Notes under the pieces: generated by a model
The model's input: only the letters and a program-made list of their open reading frames with translations
The model's database searches: none
Told to the model about the DNA's origin: nothing
From: an uncultured Spirochaetota bacterium
Lineage (GTDB): Bacteria; Spirochaetota; UBA4802; UBA5550
Length of the DNA stretch: 64,000 nt
Assembly: GCA_963827275.1 (NCBI GenBank)
Contig: CAWHAA010000001.1
Span: 201,410-265,409 of the forward strand
Direction of reading: 5' to 3'
Translations under genes and position numbers: made by a program
Shown here: positions 1 through 11,532 of the stretch, in pieces
How positions within the stretch are numbered: the first letter of the stretch is position 1
How the letters are laid out: every line of letters begins with the position of its first letter

Positions 1-795
1 AAGGAAAAGCTGTATTACATTATGAATTACACCGTTTCCAGCAGCAACGCGGAGATAGAGCTGAACGGCGTACAGATCACCAGGTCCGAGAAGGAGACCG
101 GGTATTCGGTATCGGGCTCCGCCGATGTCGGCGTATGGATCCATCCCGGGGTCAACACGATCACGGTGACGATCAGGCCGGTTGAAAAAAAGACGGAATC
201 GGCGTTCAAACCGTCGGTCGAGATCGCCATGTCCACGGCACGGGAAGGCCAGATGAGCGACGAAGGGAAAAAATTCATGACGCTCAGCCTGCCGGAAAAG
301 GAGGCCGACGGATCGGCCGCCACCGCCGCATCACCGCTGGTGAGAAAAAAGACCTTTACCCCTTCGTACCTTCCCCCGTCCGAGCTCTGGGATAAAATCA
401 GGCCCGTCACGCTGGACGAAAACGCGCGCAAGCAGATCATACAGCTCGTGAAGGAGTACCACGCGGCGTTCGCCAGGAAGGACGCAGGGGCCCTGTATTC
501 CTTCCTGCTCTTCGCGTCCTCCGACATGGCGCGCATCAGGCACCAGCCCGCGGACGAAGTCAAAAACACCATGAAAGACGCGCTCAGGGAGATGGTTGCC
601 GAGAAGGGTTTTGCCATGGAGCCGCTGAACGCAGGGTCGCTGGTGCTGAAGCCGGTGGTGGACAGCTCTATCATCTGGGTATGCGACAGGTCAGGCGAGC
701 ACCCGGTGCGCACGAAGAAAAGCCCTGACGGCGGTGTCATGAGCTTCCCGGTGTACGTGTCGCTGATTGACGGGAAATGGATTATCGTGCGGTAG
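1..795 (+). CDS. Hypothetical protein, probably 5'-truncated by the window edge
   Basis: Frame is open from position 1 to the TAG ending at 795; GC3-rich codon usage; no recognisable motif. Confidence 0.7.
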   Translation, partial: KEKLYYIMNYTVSSSNAEIELNGVQITRSEKETGYSVSGSADVGVWIHPGVNTITVTIRPVEKKTESAFKPSVEIAMSTAREGQMSDEGKKFMTLSLPEKEADGSAATAASPLVRKKTFTPSYLPPSELWDKIRPVTLDENARKQIIQLVKEYHAAFARKDAGALYSFLLFASSDMARIRHQPADEVKNTMKDALREMVAEKGFAMEPLNAGSLVLKPVVDSSIIWVCDRSGEHPVRTKKSPDGGVMSFPVYVSLIDGKWIIVR

Positions 796-911
796 CACGG
801 TGATGTATAAGGGAGGGGTGGCCACATTTGATAAGAAACAGGTACGGATAAACCGCATTGTGTCCCCGGGGCCTGTACTGGATGGGGCGTAATTTACCAG
901 ATATTAATTGC

Positions 912-2739
912 TCATTTTTTCCTTATGACAATCACGGTAATATCATCGCGCAGGTTGTCCTTTTTCCGGGTGAAATTATAAAACTGTTCCATAATATAAT
1001 CGAGTATTTCCCGGGCGGAGCCTTCGGGCGCGTCTTTCAAGAAATTCAATATCCGCGAATCCTCAACCGGTTTTCCGGAGGAATCAAGCGTTTCGATAAG
1101 GCTGTCGGTGTATATCAACAGACAGTCCTCATTATTTAGTTTGAATTTGAGAGAGTTGAAATTCCCTTCCAGAATTTCAAGTCCCAGGAAAGGACCGATG
1201 ATGTCTTCTCCGTCGGGAGGAGTCACCCTTCCGACAGTCCTGGATCGGGCTGTTTTGTACATCATGTGAGGGTGACCGCTGTTCACGTATTCGACCATTG
1301 ATTCCCTGAATCGCAAAAGAATTCCCGTGATATACGAACTGGTATGGCTGATCTCCTCGATCAGCGATTTGTTTATCATCCCCATCAATGCGCCCAGTTT
1401 CTCATCAGTATGGGTTTTAAAGTTTTTTTCTATAATGGAGCGGGCAAGCAGCGTCAGCAGTCCGGATGAAATACCGTGGCCCGACACGTCGAAGATGCCC
1501 ACACCCTGGAGCTTGCCGTCTTCCATGTAGAAGTCGTAAAAGTCGCCCGAGACCCCGGACATGGGCCGGTACACCAGTGCGATGTCGAATTCATCGGATT
1601 GTGGAGGTTTCTGGGGGAGGAAAGCAGCCTGGACATTTGCCGCCATTTTAATGTCGGTTTTGTAGCGCCAATTGGACTCTTCAATCTCCCTGTTTACCAG
1701 CGTCAGGCTGTCATTCGTCGCTTCAAGCTCTGCCATCGCGGCCTGCAGTTCTACCGTGCGCTCCTCCACCTTTTTCTCCAGGTTTATCCGGTAATCGGTA
1801 ATTGTGTCTGAAGCGGCGTTGATGCCTGAGGCCAACTCAACGATTTCACGGTCAATCGTGGAGGCGTAGATTATCGCTTCTCCCCTCTCCTTAAGGTTTT
1901 CCACGACCCTGCCGGTATCATCTAATGCGCGGTAAAAGGTCCGAACGGTAATAAATGACATGAGAGCAATGATAGATAGATAAACAAGCAGATACAATAT
2001 GACACGCCTCATGTCCGCATGACCCAAATATGAAAAGGCATTGGAAACAAACATGGCCTGGATAATTATAGCCACGATAATATACATCTTGTATTTAATG
2101 GATGATCTTGCTTTGATTTCATGAGCAATATTCAGTTCACGCAGCTTCATTTTGCATGCTCTTCGCATTCTGCCGGTAACTGTCTCTGCAAGTACGAATC
2201 CGATTCCGGCAAAATTTATTACCTGCCAAAAATATGAAAAAAGCATCCACAGGTGCCCGGAAACCTGATAATTCTTATAAAATCCGTAAGCGAATAAAAT
2301 GCACTGGATAACGGTTGTTTACTATCAGAGCGACGTAAAAAAAGACTATGGGCAGGCGGTTGATGGCTTCAAGGATGGATAGATATGTTTCACCCGTGAG
2401 GCCGTCCTGTATTTTTAGATCGCCATCGACATAAATATATTTATTCACGACTCGGAAACTGGGCAGTAACGCGGGTATACCCAGCCTGTGAAATGCTCCA
2501 TGTAATACGCCTGCCATAATAAAAGGAAAAATGAAACATAGACCCATCACGAATATGAATTCATCGGTAAAATCAGGAAAATAACGGGAAAGTTCGGAAG
2601 CCACATAGATGATGTTGAGAATAGTAAATAATCCAGACCATAGAATTGACGAAAACGCCACGGCAATACCGTAGCTCATTTTCCTCGTTAAAAAATTAAA
2701 AACGATTTTGTAGATTTTTTTTATCATTACGCTCTGCAT
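912..2739 (-). CDS. Membrane-anchored SpoIIE/PP2C-family serine phosphatase (RsbU-like), split by one frameshift near 2319
   Basis: ORF 912..2246 has PP2C motifs [23 protein letters not shown]. Removing one A from GTAAAC (minus strand, ~2319) joins ORF 2275..2739 to it through [29 protein letters not shown]. Confidence 0.85.
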
Positions 2740-2745
2740 TATATA

Positions 2746-4602
2746 TCATGCCAATCTGAAGAACTCGATTTCCTCTTTGAGCTTTTTCGCGTTTTCAGCG
2801 ATGCTCTCCGACGACGCGGAGAGCTCCTCGCTGGCGGCGGCGGTGCTCTGGGAGGCTTCATTGATCAGACTAATTGATTTTACGATTTCTGTTACCGCGT
2901 TTTTCTGCTCTTCCATGGATTTCATGATGTCATCGGCCCTTTTTAAAAAGTGCTCCGCGTCTTCCTTGATGACGCTGTTTATCTCCCGGTCCTGTCGCGT
3001 CAGCTCGCCGATCCTGTCCACCACGGAACCGAAAGAATTCAGTCCTTCAAATATCTTTTCTATTTTCAAGATTGCCTCATTCTGCGCCTGGAAGGACTTA
3101 TCCATGCTGGCGTTGGTGGTCTTGACGATTTCTGAAATGCTTTTCGTGTTTTCTCCTGCCTGTTCAGCCAGTTTGCCGATTTCATCCGCGACGACGGCAA
3201 ACCCCTTGCCGTACGCTCCCGCGCGCGCCGCCTCTATGCTCGCGTTGAGGCTTAAAAGGTTCGTCCGGTCAGAGATGTCATTGATCAGCCCGGTGTAGTC
3301 GAGCATCCTCCCCGCGTCATCCGCAGCCGCTTTCATCAGATGCATGGTGTCATTTATCTTTTCCTTGACCTCTTCGATGATCACGTCCAGTTCCGTCTTG
3401 ACTGTCATCGCCCGCGTCATTTCATTTCCTTCCTCATTGACTATCGCATTCAGCTTTATGATATTGTCGATGAGCATCAGCGTTCTCTTGTACTGGTATT
3501 CGATGTTGGAATAGATCGATTCCCCCCCCGCCGAAATTTCCGAGAGGGTGGACGTGATCTCCTCAACGGTCGCAGCGGTCGTCTGGCTCTGGCGGGAAAA
3601 ATTTTCGGCCGTGACCGACATTTCGCCCGCGGCGGTGGTGAGCTCTCCCGACATGCCGAGTATCAGGGAAATTACCTCCCTGATTTTCATCAGCAGCCTG
3701 TTCATGAAGCCGCTCATTGACCCCAATTCATCGACGGTTATCATGGGGACGAAATCGGTGCCAAGGTTGCCGTGCGCGATGTTATCCAGCGATTGTTCTA
3801 TGCCTGCCAAGGTCCTTTTCAACGATTTTGCGAAAAAGTATGCGGCTGAAATTGATGTTATGATCATGATGAATGACACGAATATTATATGGATTGCAAG
3901 GTATTCAAACTGCATGAGCTTGAGGTTCATAAGTGTCATGAACGTTGCAAAAATAACAAGGGAAGGGAGTAAAACGGATATGATCGAAATGAGGATCTTG
4001 CTGAATATCGTCAGGGGCTTGTAGGATTCTTTCGAAATGATAATTTCTGCCAGTCTGCCGTCCTCGAGATACTGCGAAAGGGATATTTCCGACTGAAACA
4101 TGAAAAAAATTGCGTTGACCGGAATGACCATGAGGGTGCCCGAGATGATAACTATGATTCGCACCATGGTCATCTCAGTGCCCAGACTTATCAAAAATGT
4201 TGCCAGGCCGACGCCGATCGTATACCGGAAAAAAAGTGATTTTGCCTCATAGCGCGGATAGAGGAGGAGCTTGAGCTTGATATCACGGAGCGCGGCGTCA
4301 TTCAGTTCCCCCGGACTGTTTAAAGAGTTAAACGTGCTCCTTAGAAGCAGCCATCGTATAATTGATGCTCCGATGAGCGTGACCAGTGACCCGGCAACGA
4401 CACCGGGAATGAAGATATTAAGCACGGGGAAAAAATTTCCGCCGATTATTATAAAATAGGAGAGTAAAACAACCGGCAATATGTATGCAAATACTTCCAA
4501 GGATAGGGTCAATCTCGCAATCGGGTTTTTGTATTTCTTCAAAATATACCTCTTGGAATTTCTAGGAATTATTCTTAAAAACATTTTAACCGGCTCCGGC
4601 AT
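2746..4602 (-). CDS. Methyl-accepting chemotaxis protein with multi-TM N-terminus and HAMP
   Basis: Signature [41 protein letters not shown]-like DELG; several hydrophobic helices. Confidence 0.92.
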   Translation of the reverse strand: MPEPVKMFLRIIPRNSKRYILKKYKNPIARLTLSLEVFAYILPVVLLSYFIIIGGNFFPVLNIFIPGVVAGSLVTLIGASIIRWLLLRSTFNSLNSPGELNDAALRDIKLKLLLYPRYEAKSLFFRYTIGVGLATFLISLGTEMTMVRIIVIISGTLMVIPVNAIFFMFQSEISLSQYLEDGRLAEIIISKESYKPLTIFSKILISIISVLLPSLVIFATFMTLMNLKLMQFEYLAIHIIFVSFIMIITSISAAYFFAKSLKRTLAGIEQSLDNIAHGNLGTDFVPMITVDELGSMSGFMNRLLMKIREVISLILGMSGELTTAAGEMSVTAENFSRQSQTTAATVEEITSTLSEISAGGESIYSNIEYQYKRTLMLIDNIIKLNAIVNEEGNEMTRAMTVKTELDVIIEEVKEKINDTMHLMKAAADDAGRMLDYTGLINDISDRTNLLSLNASIEAARAGAYGKGFAVVADEIGKLAEQAGENTKSISEIVKTTNASMDKSFQAQNEAILKIEKIFEGLNSFGSVVDRIGELTRQDREINSVIKEDAEHFLKRADDIMKSMEEQKNAVTEIVKSISLINEASQSTAAASEELSASSESIAENAKKLKEEIEFFRLA

Positions 4603-4648
4603 TTGATCAAGTTATTTTTTTAATCATTTATTATGCCGGATAAGTGAC

Positions 4649-4681
4649 AAGCGCCTCAAACATGGAATGTTTGAGGTGCTT
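4649..4681. terminator. Strong hairpin, likely terminator after the SDR gene
   Basis: AAGCGCCTCAAACAT-GGA-ATGTTTGAGGTGCTT, 15-bp stem. Confidence 0.5.
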
Positions 4682-4734
4682 TCGATCAGGAACCCAATAT
4701 CTTTACGGCCTATTTCCTGGTTTCATCTACCCGA

Positions 4735-5616
4735 TCATTTAGCCTTTATCCATTTACCCAGCAAAATCAAAAGTTTACTCGCGAACCAGTCCATCATCCA
4801 GGTGGGCGTGATTGCGTGGCTGTAGACTAATAACCTGGCCTCATAACCCACCAGGTAACGGGCCTTCGGACTTCGTGCGCTCAGGGCGCGAATTATCACC
4901 CTGACGGCCTTTTTCATGGATATCCCCATTTCAGCCTGCCATTTAGGGAAGACGCTCAGGGTCTTCAACTCATTTTGATACAGATCTCTGGCCTTCTGCG
5001 GGAGGGAAGCAATCAATTTCTCTGTGCTGGAATCTATCTTTTCCCACATGGGTGTTTTTATTGTCTGCAATTCCACGGAAGATACCCTGATTTTCCACGG
5101 CCGAAGTTCTATCCGGAGAGCGCTTGCCGCAGCCTCCAGCGCGAATTTTGACGCGGAATAAGGCGCCATCAGCGGCAGTGTCATCCTGCCGCTCTCGGAA
5201 CTCGTGAACACGATTCTCCCCTGCGCCTTGCGTAAAAGCGGCAGGAACGTCTGCGTCACGAAGACGTGACCGAAAACATTGACCCGTATCTGCTGTTCAA
5301 ATAGTTCGATGGGTATTATTTCCAAAGGCCCCTGGACCGAAATCCCGGCGTTGTTGAAGAGCGCGTCCAGGCCGGCGCCGCCGAGGGCTTTTTCAATCTC
5401 ACGCGCTCCCCGTTTCACGCTTTCATAGTCCACAATGTCCATGATCACCGGCGTGATCTTCCCGGAGGAAGCCTCCGTCAGTTTTTTCGCATCCGCCTCT
5501 TTCCTTACGGCGGAAAATACCCGCCATCCTTTTTCGGCAAGCGCCAGTGAAGTTGCCCAGCCAATGCCTGTGGAAGCGCCGGTCACCAGCACGGATTTTC
5601 TTTTATCAGAATTCAT
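4735..5616 (-). CDS. Short-chain dehydrogenase/reductase (17-beta-HSD/retinol dehydrogenase-like)
   Basis: TGASTGIG, NNAGI, YSASK motifs. Confidence 0.92.
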   Translation of the reverse strand: MNSDKRKSVLVTGASTGIGWATSLALAEKGWRVFSAVRKEADAKKLTEASSGKITPVIMDIVDYESVKRGAREIEKALGGAGLDALFNNAGISVQGPLEIIPIELFEQQIRVNVFGHVFVTQTFLPLLRKAQGRIVFTSSESGRMTLPLMAPYSASKFALEAAASALRIELRPWKIRVSSVELQTIKTPMWEKIDSSTEKLIASLPQKARDLYQNELKTLSVFPKWQAEMGISMKKAVRVIIRALSARSPKARYLVGYEARLLVYSHAITPTWMMDWFASKLLILLGKWIKAK

Positions 5617-5661
5617 AATTAAGCCTCCAGTAATAATTAATATTGCGTTTTAATCCTGAGA

Positions 5662-6699
5662 TTATCTCCCTTCGAATTCCTTGAAAATTTCAGCTTTCTC
5701 AAGAGTAGCGGTTGTATTTTTAACCAGGCCTACTATATCTTTTGTTTTTAATTTGCTCATGTCCAGACTGTTAATATTTGCATCTATATACTTGATATAT
5801 TCTTCCATCGCCATCTTGGTATCTCTCGTGTCGAGACATCGAACGCTCTGCTCCAGCTCAAGGCTTAACCCGTGACGCAGCGTTGTATTCATGCCGTTCA
5901 GGACACTCTTCTTGATGGCATCGATGCCCACGGGCGGCCGTTTGCTCATTGTATCCGCAAAATCCTGCACTTTGCTCAGGAATTCCTTCTTCTTGAAAAA
6001 ATCCGTTATCAACCCTATCTGTCTCGCTTCAAATGGTTCGAGCTGGTTTCCTTTCAGCATTAATTCGAGGGCCTTTGCCCTGCCGATGAGGCGTGGAAGC
6101 CGTTGAGTATTTCCTCCGCCGGGGACTATCCCAACCAGACACTCGGGCTGACCGATACTAAATCCCTGATCGCCTATCATGAACCTGAAGTCACAGCATG
6201 CCGAAAGCTCGGTTCCGCCACCGTTACACGACCCGTTTATAGCGGCTATTGTCACTTTGTTCAACCTCTCAATGGCGTGGTAGGCCCGCGTCATCTGAAA
6301 CCATAAAAACATACCGGAAGAATATACCCGTATGAGTTTTGCAAATTTAAGCATTAACCATTCATACCATGAGAAATAATCCATAAGCCAGTTGTTGAAA
6401 GTCATATATAGTGCGAGAATAGCGCCGGTAAATCTGAATTTTACTGCTAAATGCAGGAGCAGTCTCCTGTTGTGCGTTGATAATTGTAATAGTTCAGGTA
6501 TTGAATAATGCATTAAATAAATATCATCCCGGGCACCGGTGATAACCAACACTCTGATAGAATCATCTTTTCTGACTTTTTTTATAAGCACGAATAATTC
6601 TTCAAGTACATCCATGGTTAAAAAATTAACTGGCGGATTGTTTATTTCAACCCATAGCGTTTGATTTTCCTTTCTTGTTTTAAGATACTTAAATTCCAT
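5662..6699 (-). CDS. Enoyl-CoA hydratase/isomerase family protein with internal hydrophobic insertion
   Basis: NPPVN, AAINGSCNGGGTEL, GQPECLVGIVPGGGNTQRLPRLIG; GGAGG RBS before ATG 6699. Confidence 0.9.
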   Translation of the reverse strand: MEFKYLKTRKENQTLWVEINNPPVNFLTMDVLEELFVLIKKVRKDDSIRVLVITGARDDIYLMHYSIPELLQLSTHNRRLLLHLAVKFRFTGAILALYMTFNNWLMDYFSWYEWLMLKFAKLIRVYSSGMFLWFQMTRAYHAIERLNKVTIAAINGSCNGGGTELSACCDFRFMIGDQGFSIGQPECLVGIVPGGGNTQRLPRLIGRAKALELMLKGNQLEPFEARQIGLITDFFKKKEFLSKVQDFADTMSKRPPVGIDAIKKSVLNGMNTTLRHGLSLELEQSVRCLDTRDTKMAMEEYIKYIDANINSLDMSKLKTKDIVGLVKNTTATLEKAEIFKEFEGR

Positions 6700-6863
6700 A
6701 TTATTCCTCCTATTTGACAGCAATACGCATACAGCTCAATGTTTCAATAAACAGCATATATTTCTTACAGGGGGTTAAGGGGCTAACCCTTCAAAAAGCA
6801 CCCGCTGGGTTTCCCCGGTTGCAAAATGGTCGTTTTATATCACGTTTATTTCAGATGATAAGT

Positions 6864-6918
6864 AAATATGAACTTTTTTTCATATTTGTCAATCATAATA
6901 TGAACAAAAGTTCATATT
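6864..6918. promoter_or_regulatory. Two palindromic operators ATATGAA-N6-TTCATAT, putative TetR sites
   Basis: AAATATGAA-N6-TTCATATTT (6864-6887) and AATATGAAC-N4-GTTCATATT (6897-6918) in the divergent ECH/TetR intergenic region. Confidence 0.7.
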
Positions 6919-6993
6919 TTTTTGTTGAATTAAAAAACAGCAATAAATTATAATGTTAATGTTGATATTAAACTTTATGTTTGGAGACAAATT

Positions 6994-7629
6994 GTGACCG
7001 TAAAAAATAAAGCCAGAATTCCGGCACAAAAACGCGGAATTGAAACAAGAAATAAAATTTTAGAAGCAGCCTGGACTCTTTTCGGCGAAAAGGGGTATTT
7101 TAAAACCAATCCCCGTGATATAGCCAAACATGCCGGAGTCGCTACCGGGTCCTTTTATGCATATTTTAACAATAAGAAGGAAGTTGGAATTGAGTTAATG
7201 AGGCGTTTTTATAAAGAAGCCACTGCAAAATCACTCTCAAATTTCAATTTAGAGATCAGTGATAAAATTCCGGAAAATCTTGATTCCGCCAGAAAGCTTG
7301 TGCGGTTTGTCATTCAGTCTTTAAAGGAATCCCATGCCATCAACCCTTTGCTTCACAAGGAGGCCTCCGCGCTGATACTTCTGGACGACGAGGTGAACGC
7401 AATAAACAACGAGGAACAGAAGATAGTAATATCATATTTAATCGCCTTATTCCAGCAGTACAAAAAATTTATTCGTGTGGAGGATCTGGAGGCGGCAGCC
7501 TCGCTCCTGTTCAGGACCAGCGATGAAATTATCCACAGGATCATGTTTAATAAAGAAGAGGTTAATGAGGAGCGGCTCCTCAGGGAACTCGAGGACATGA
7601 TTTGCAGCTATCTTTTTATTACCGGTTGA
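6994..7629 (+). CDS. TetR/AcrR family transcriptional regulator
   Basis: N-terminal HTH: ILEAAWTLFGEKGY...IAKHAGVATGSFYAYFNNK. Confidence 0.93.
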   Translation: MTVKNKARIPAQKRGIETRNKILEAAWTLFGEKGYFKTNPRDIAKHAGVATGSFYAYFNNKKEVGIELMRRFYKEATAKSLSNFNLEISDKIPENLDSARKLVRFVIQSLKESHAINPLLHKEASALILLDDEVNAINNEEQKIVISYLIALFQQYKKFIRVEDLEAAASLLFRTSDEIIHRIMFNKEEVNEERLLRELEDMICSYLFITG

Positions 7630-7799
7630 AAAAACCAGATAGAGGTGTCTTTTTACAGAACACAACAACCTGGAAAAATAACGGCGCATCGCGCAAGCTG
7701 CCCATACGCCTGAGATTTGTGATTCAAGGACATCGTTTCAACCGATAATGGCTTGTGTCAAAAATTGTTTTAAGCTATAACAATAAAATGGAATAAAGC

Positions 7800-7834
7800 G
7801 GAGGGGCAGCCGTGGTGGCGCCCCCTCCCTTTTC
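7800..7834. terminator. Hairpin terminator between convergent TetR and ilvC genes
   Basis: GGAGGGGC...GCCCCCTCC stem flanked by AAA and TTTT. Confidence 0.55.
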
Positions 7835-7842
7835 ATAATAGC

Positions 7843-8838
7843 TTACTTCGCGTTGATCCACTTCATCATCTTGCGGAGCTCCGCGCCCACCTTCTCGATA
7901 AGGTGGTTTTTCTGCTCTTCTTTTATCTTGTTAAAGAACGGCCGCCCCTTCTCGTTTTCCTTGATCCAGTTCTTCGCGAAGGTCCCGTCCTGGATCTCCT
8001 TGAGGATCTTCTTCATCTCTTTCCTGGTCTTGCCGTTGATGATCCGGGGACCGCTCACGTAGTCGCCGTACTCGGCCGTATCGGAGACCGAATAGCGCAT
8101 GTAGTTTATCCCGCCCTGGTAGAACAGGTCCACGATGAGCTTGAGCTCGTGGAGGCACTCGAAGTAGGCGATCTCCGGCTGGTAGCCCGCCCCGACCAGC
8201 GTGTCGAACCCGGCCTTGACGAGCTCGGAGACTCCGCCGCAGAGGACCGTCTGCTCGCCGAAGAGGTCGGTCTCGGTCTCTTCCTTGAAAGTGGTCTCGA
8301 TGACCCCGGCCCGCGTCGCGCCGAGGCCCTTCGCGTACGCCAGCGCCGTCTGCTTCGCCGTTCCCGACGCGTCGTTATGCATGGCGATCAGGCACGGCAC
8401 GCCGCCGCCCTTCTCGTATTCGCTCCGGACCAGGTGGCCGGGGCCCTTCGGCGCGATCATGATAACGTCGATCTCCTTCGGCGGCACGATCTGCCCGAAG
8501 TGGATGTTGAACCCGTGCGAGAAGACGAGCGTCTTGCCCGCCTTCATGAAAGGCTCGACGTCCTGCCGGTAGAGCTTCGCCTGCACGTGGTCCTGCGCGA
8601 GGATCTGGATCAGGTCGGCCTTTTCAGCCGCTTCCCGGGCGGTCACGGGCTTGAAGTTGTGCGACTCTGCCAGCCGATAGTTATCGGTGCCGGGCAGCTC
8701 CGCCACGATCACGTTCAGGCCGCTGTCCCTGAGGTTCTGGGCCTGGGCGTGTCCCTGGCTCCCGTACCCGATGATCGCAATCGTTTTATTTTTTAACACG
8801 CCGAGGTCGGCGTCGCTGTCGTAATACATTTTTGCCAT
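7843..8838 (-). CDS. ilvC: Ketol-acid reductoisomerase
   Basis: [54 protein letters not shown]. Confidence 0.97.
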   Translation of the reverse strand: MAKMYYDSDADLGVLKNKTIAIIGYGSQGHAQAQNLRDSGLNVIVAELPGTDNYRLAESHNFKPVTAREAAEKADLIQILAQDHVQAKLYRQDVEPFMKAGKTLVFSHGFNIHFGQIVPPKEIDVIMIAPKGPGHLVRSEYEKGGGVPCLIAMHNDASGTAKQTALAYAKGLGATRAGVIETTFKEETETDLFGEQTVLCGGVSELVKAGFDTLVGAGYQPEIAYFECLHELKLIVDLFYQGGINYMRYSVSDTAEYGDYVSGPRIINGKTRKEMKKILKEIQDGTFAKNWIKENEKGRPFFNKIKEEQKNHLIEKVGAELRKMMKWINAK

Positions 8839-8906
8839 TTTGTACTCCTTTTTGGCCTTCAATCCCACAGGGGGCGCGGGTCAAAGTAAATTATTTATAA
8901 AATATC

Positions 8907-8965
8907 CCGATAGTTATCGGTAACTTCCGGGGTCAGAGCCCCATCAAACAGATAGTTATCGGTAA
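8907..8965. repeat. Paired palindromic repeat GATAGTTATCGGTAA x2 around CCGGGGTCAGAGC
   Basis: Copies at 8907-8923 and 8951-8965; same arrangement occurs inverted at 40034-40095. Confidence 0.8.
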
Positions 8966-9054
8966 ATACAAGCCTTTATAAAAAGAAATGCCCTATTCCA
9001 CTGCAAATCCAGAGCCTCCTCCGGGGGATCGGGGGGCCTTTGCGAACAAGGCGC

Positions 9055-9531
9055 CTATTCCTTCAACAGCGACACCCGCCCGGTCCGCATCAGCTCCTTG
9101 ATGCCGTAGGGCTTGAGCAGTTCGATAAAATTATTGACATGCTCGGGGTCGCCCTTCACTCCCAGGGTGATTGTCCTGGGGGATATGTCGGCGATATCGG
9201 CCCTGAATATCTCACCCAGCTGGTATATCTCGGGCCGCTTGGCCGGGGCCGCGTTCACCTTCACCAGGACGAGCTCGCGCTCCACCGTGGGGATTCCCGT
9301 ATGGTCGCTCACCTTGATGACGTCAACGAGCTTGTTGAGCTGTTTCTTCACCTGCTCGATGACCCGGTCGTCGCCGCGGACCACGATCGTCATGACCGAT
9401 ACGTCCTCCTGCTCGGTGGCGCTCACCGCCAGCGAATCGATGTTATAGCCCCGCGCGGAGAAGAGGCCGGCCACGCGCGCCAGGACCCCGAACCGGTTCT
9501 CCACCTTGACCGATATCACGTACTGTTTCAT
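9055..9531 (-). CDS. ilvN: Acetolactate synthase small (regulatory) subunit
   Basis: ISVKVENRFGVLARVAGLFSARGYNIDSL, EQVKKQLNKLVDVIKV, ERELVLVKV; lies between ilvB and ilvC. Confidence 0.95.
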   Translation of the reverse strand: MKQYVISVKVENRFGVLARVAGLFSARGYNIDSLAVSATEQEDVSVMTIVVRGDDRVIEQVKKQLNKLVDVIKVSDHTGIPTVERELVLVKVNAAPAKRPEIYQLGEIFRADIADISPRTITLGVKGDPEHVNNFIELLKPYGIKELMRTGRVSLLKE

Positions 9532-9557
9532 ACTGTCTCCGTTTGACGCAGCCATGG

Positions 9558-11239
9558 CTATGCGAGCAGCTCCCTCATGATGATCTCCTTGAACGACTGC
9601 CCGGCGGGGACCATCGGGTATACGTTCTCCTCGCGCGAGACGCGGAAGTCGATGATGATGGGCCGGTCGGTTATGGCCAGCGCCTGCTGCAGCGCGGTCG
9701 CAACGTCCTCGTTCTTCTCGACGCGGATCCCGGCCGCGCCGTACGCCTCCGCGAGCTTCACGAAATCCGGCGCGAAATCGATGCAGGTGTGGCTGTAGCG
9801 CTTTTCCCAGAACAGCTGCTGCCACTGGCGCACCATGCCAAGGAAGCCGTTGTTCAGGATCGCGATGATGACCGGCAGGCGGTGCTGCACCGCCACGATG
9901 AGCTCCTGGATGTTCATCTGGATCGAGCCGTCGCCGGCGATGTCGATGACCCGCTTGTCCGGCCGCGCGAGCTGCGCGCCGATGGCCGCGGGAAAGCCGT
10001 ATCCCATGGTGCCCAGGCCGCCGGACGATATGAAGGTCCGCGGCTCGGTGTACTTGTAGAACTGCGCCGCCCACATCTGGTTCTGTCCCACCTCGGTGCA
10101 GATGATCGCGTCGCCCTTTGTCTGGCGGTATATTTCCTCGACCACGTACTGCGGTTTGATGTCTGTGCCGTTGTTCTTCTCGTACGTGAGGGGATGGTCT
10201 CTCTTCATGCATATCGATCTCATCGAGCCATTCCCTGATATCCGGGGCCGTTGACCTGGCGGTTCATCTCCGCGAGGACATGCCTGCAGTCGCCCACGAT
10301 GGGGATATCGACCGGCACGGTTTTGCTGACCGACGCCGGGTCGATGTCGATATGGATGACCTTCGCGTTGGGGATGAATTCGGCGATCTTGCCGGTGACC
10401 CGGTCGTCGAACCGGGCGCCGACCGCTATGAGCAGGTCGGACTCGTTCACGGCGTGGTTCGCGTAATAGGTGCCGTGCATGCCCAGCATCTCCAGGGCAA
10501 GCCGGTCGGTCTCGGGATAGACCCCCAGGCCCAGCAGGGTCGTGGTGACCGGGATCTGCGTTTTGGCCACGAACTCCCTGAGCTCTTTCGACGCGTTTGA
10601 TATGACCACGCCGCCGCCGGCGTAAATGACGGGGCGCTTTGCCGCCTCGATCAGCTGGCAGGCCTTCTTGATCTGCCCGGGGTGCCCCTCGTACACCGGC
10701 TTGTAGCTGCGGATGTTCACCGTTTCAGGATAGCTGAATTTTGACTCGCCGTTTGATATATCGACGGGCACGTCAATGAGGACCGGGCCGGGCCTGCCGG
10801 TCGATGCGATGTAAAAGGCCTCCTTGATGATGCGCGGGAGGTCGGCGATGTCCTGGACAAGGTAGTTGTGCTTCGTGATGGGACGGGTGATCCCGGTCGA
10901 ATCGACCTCCTGGAAGGCGTCGTTCCCGATCTGCTCCCTCTTCACCTGCCCGGTGAATACGACCAGGGGCACCGAATCCAGGTGCGCGGTGGCGATCCCC
11001 GTCACGCAGTTCGTGGCGCCGGGTCCCGAGGTGGCGATGACGACGCCCACCCTGCCCGAGGCACGGGCATAGCCGTCAGCGGCATGCACCGCCCCCTGCT
11101 CATGCCGGGAAAGGATGAACCTGAAGGGCGCATTGTGCAGCGCATGGAAAATGGGAATTACCACGCCGCCGGGGTAACCGAACATGCACTCGACCTTCTC
11201 CTTCTTGAGGCATTCAACGATAATATCAGCGCCTTTCAT
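9558..11239 (-). CDS. ilvB: Acetolactate synthase large subunit, split by frameshifts near 10210-10250
   Basis: N-part [30 protein letters not shown]-part [30 protein letters not shown]. Two apparent +1 insertions separate ORFs 10220..11443 and 9558..10223. Confidence 0.92.
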
Positions 11240-11532
11240 CTTCAAGAACATTCTCCGCGTGAGAGGATAAGAATCCTTCTTTATATACATTAACAACGTT
11301 TCAATGCCGTCGTAATTTATATAAGAAAGAAAGTGTTTAACATACGGTCCCTCATGTTTTTTTGTCAATTTTTTTTCTTTATGGATACCGCCTCTTCCGG
11401 CAGCTTTTTCCGTCAAAATGAAAAAATTCCTTGAAATAATCAATGATGCGGATATCCTTCCGTGGAAGGGCGAATCCTGGATAGCACGCCATCAGGCGCC
11501 GACATTACACCCGGACCGGACCGATAACCCAG

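Noticed and set aside
8907..8965. GATAGTTATCGGTAA doublets as mini-CRISPR arrays
   Set aside because: Repeats are only 15-17 bp, there are two per locus, and the intervening sequence is shared between loci rather than unique
9055..10212. 385-aa ORF as an N-terminally extended IlvN
   Set aside because: The extension is an off-frame reading of ilvB; IlvN similarity starts at MKQYVIS with its own RBS
10200..10260. Programmed frameshift or UGA (selenocysteine) readthrough in ilvB
   Set aside because: The two halves are in different frames, two separate insertions are needed, and no slippery heptamer or SECIS is evident; same pattern as other indels
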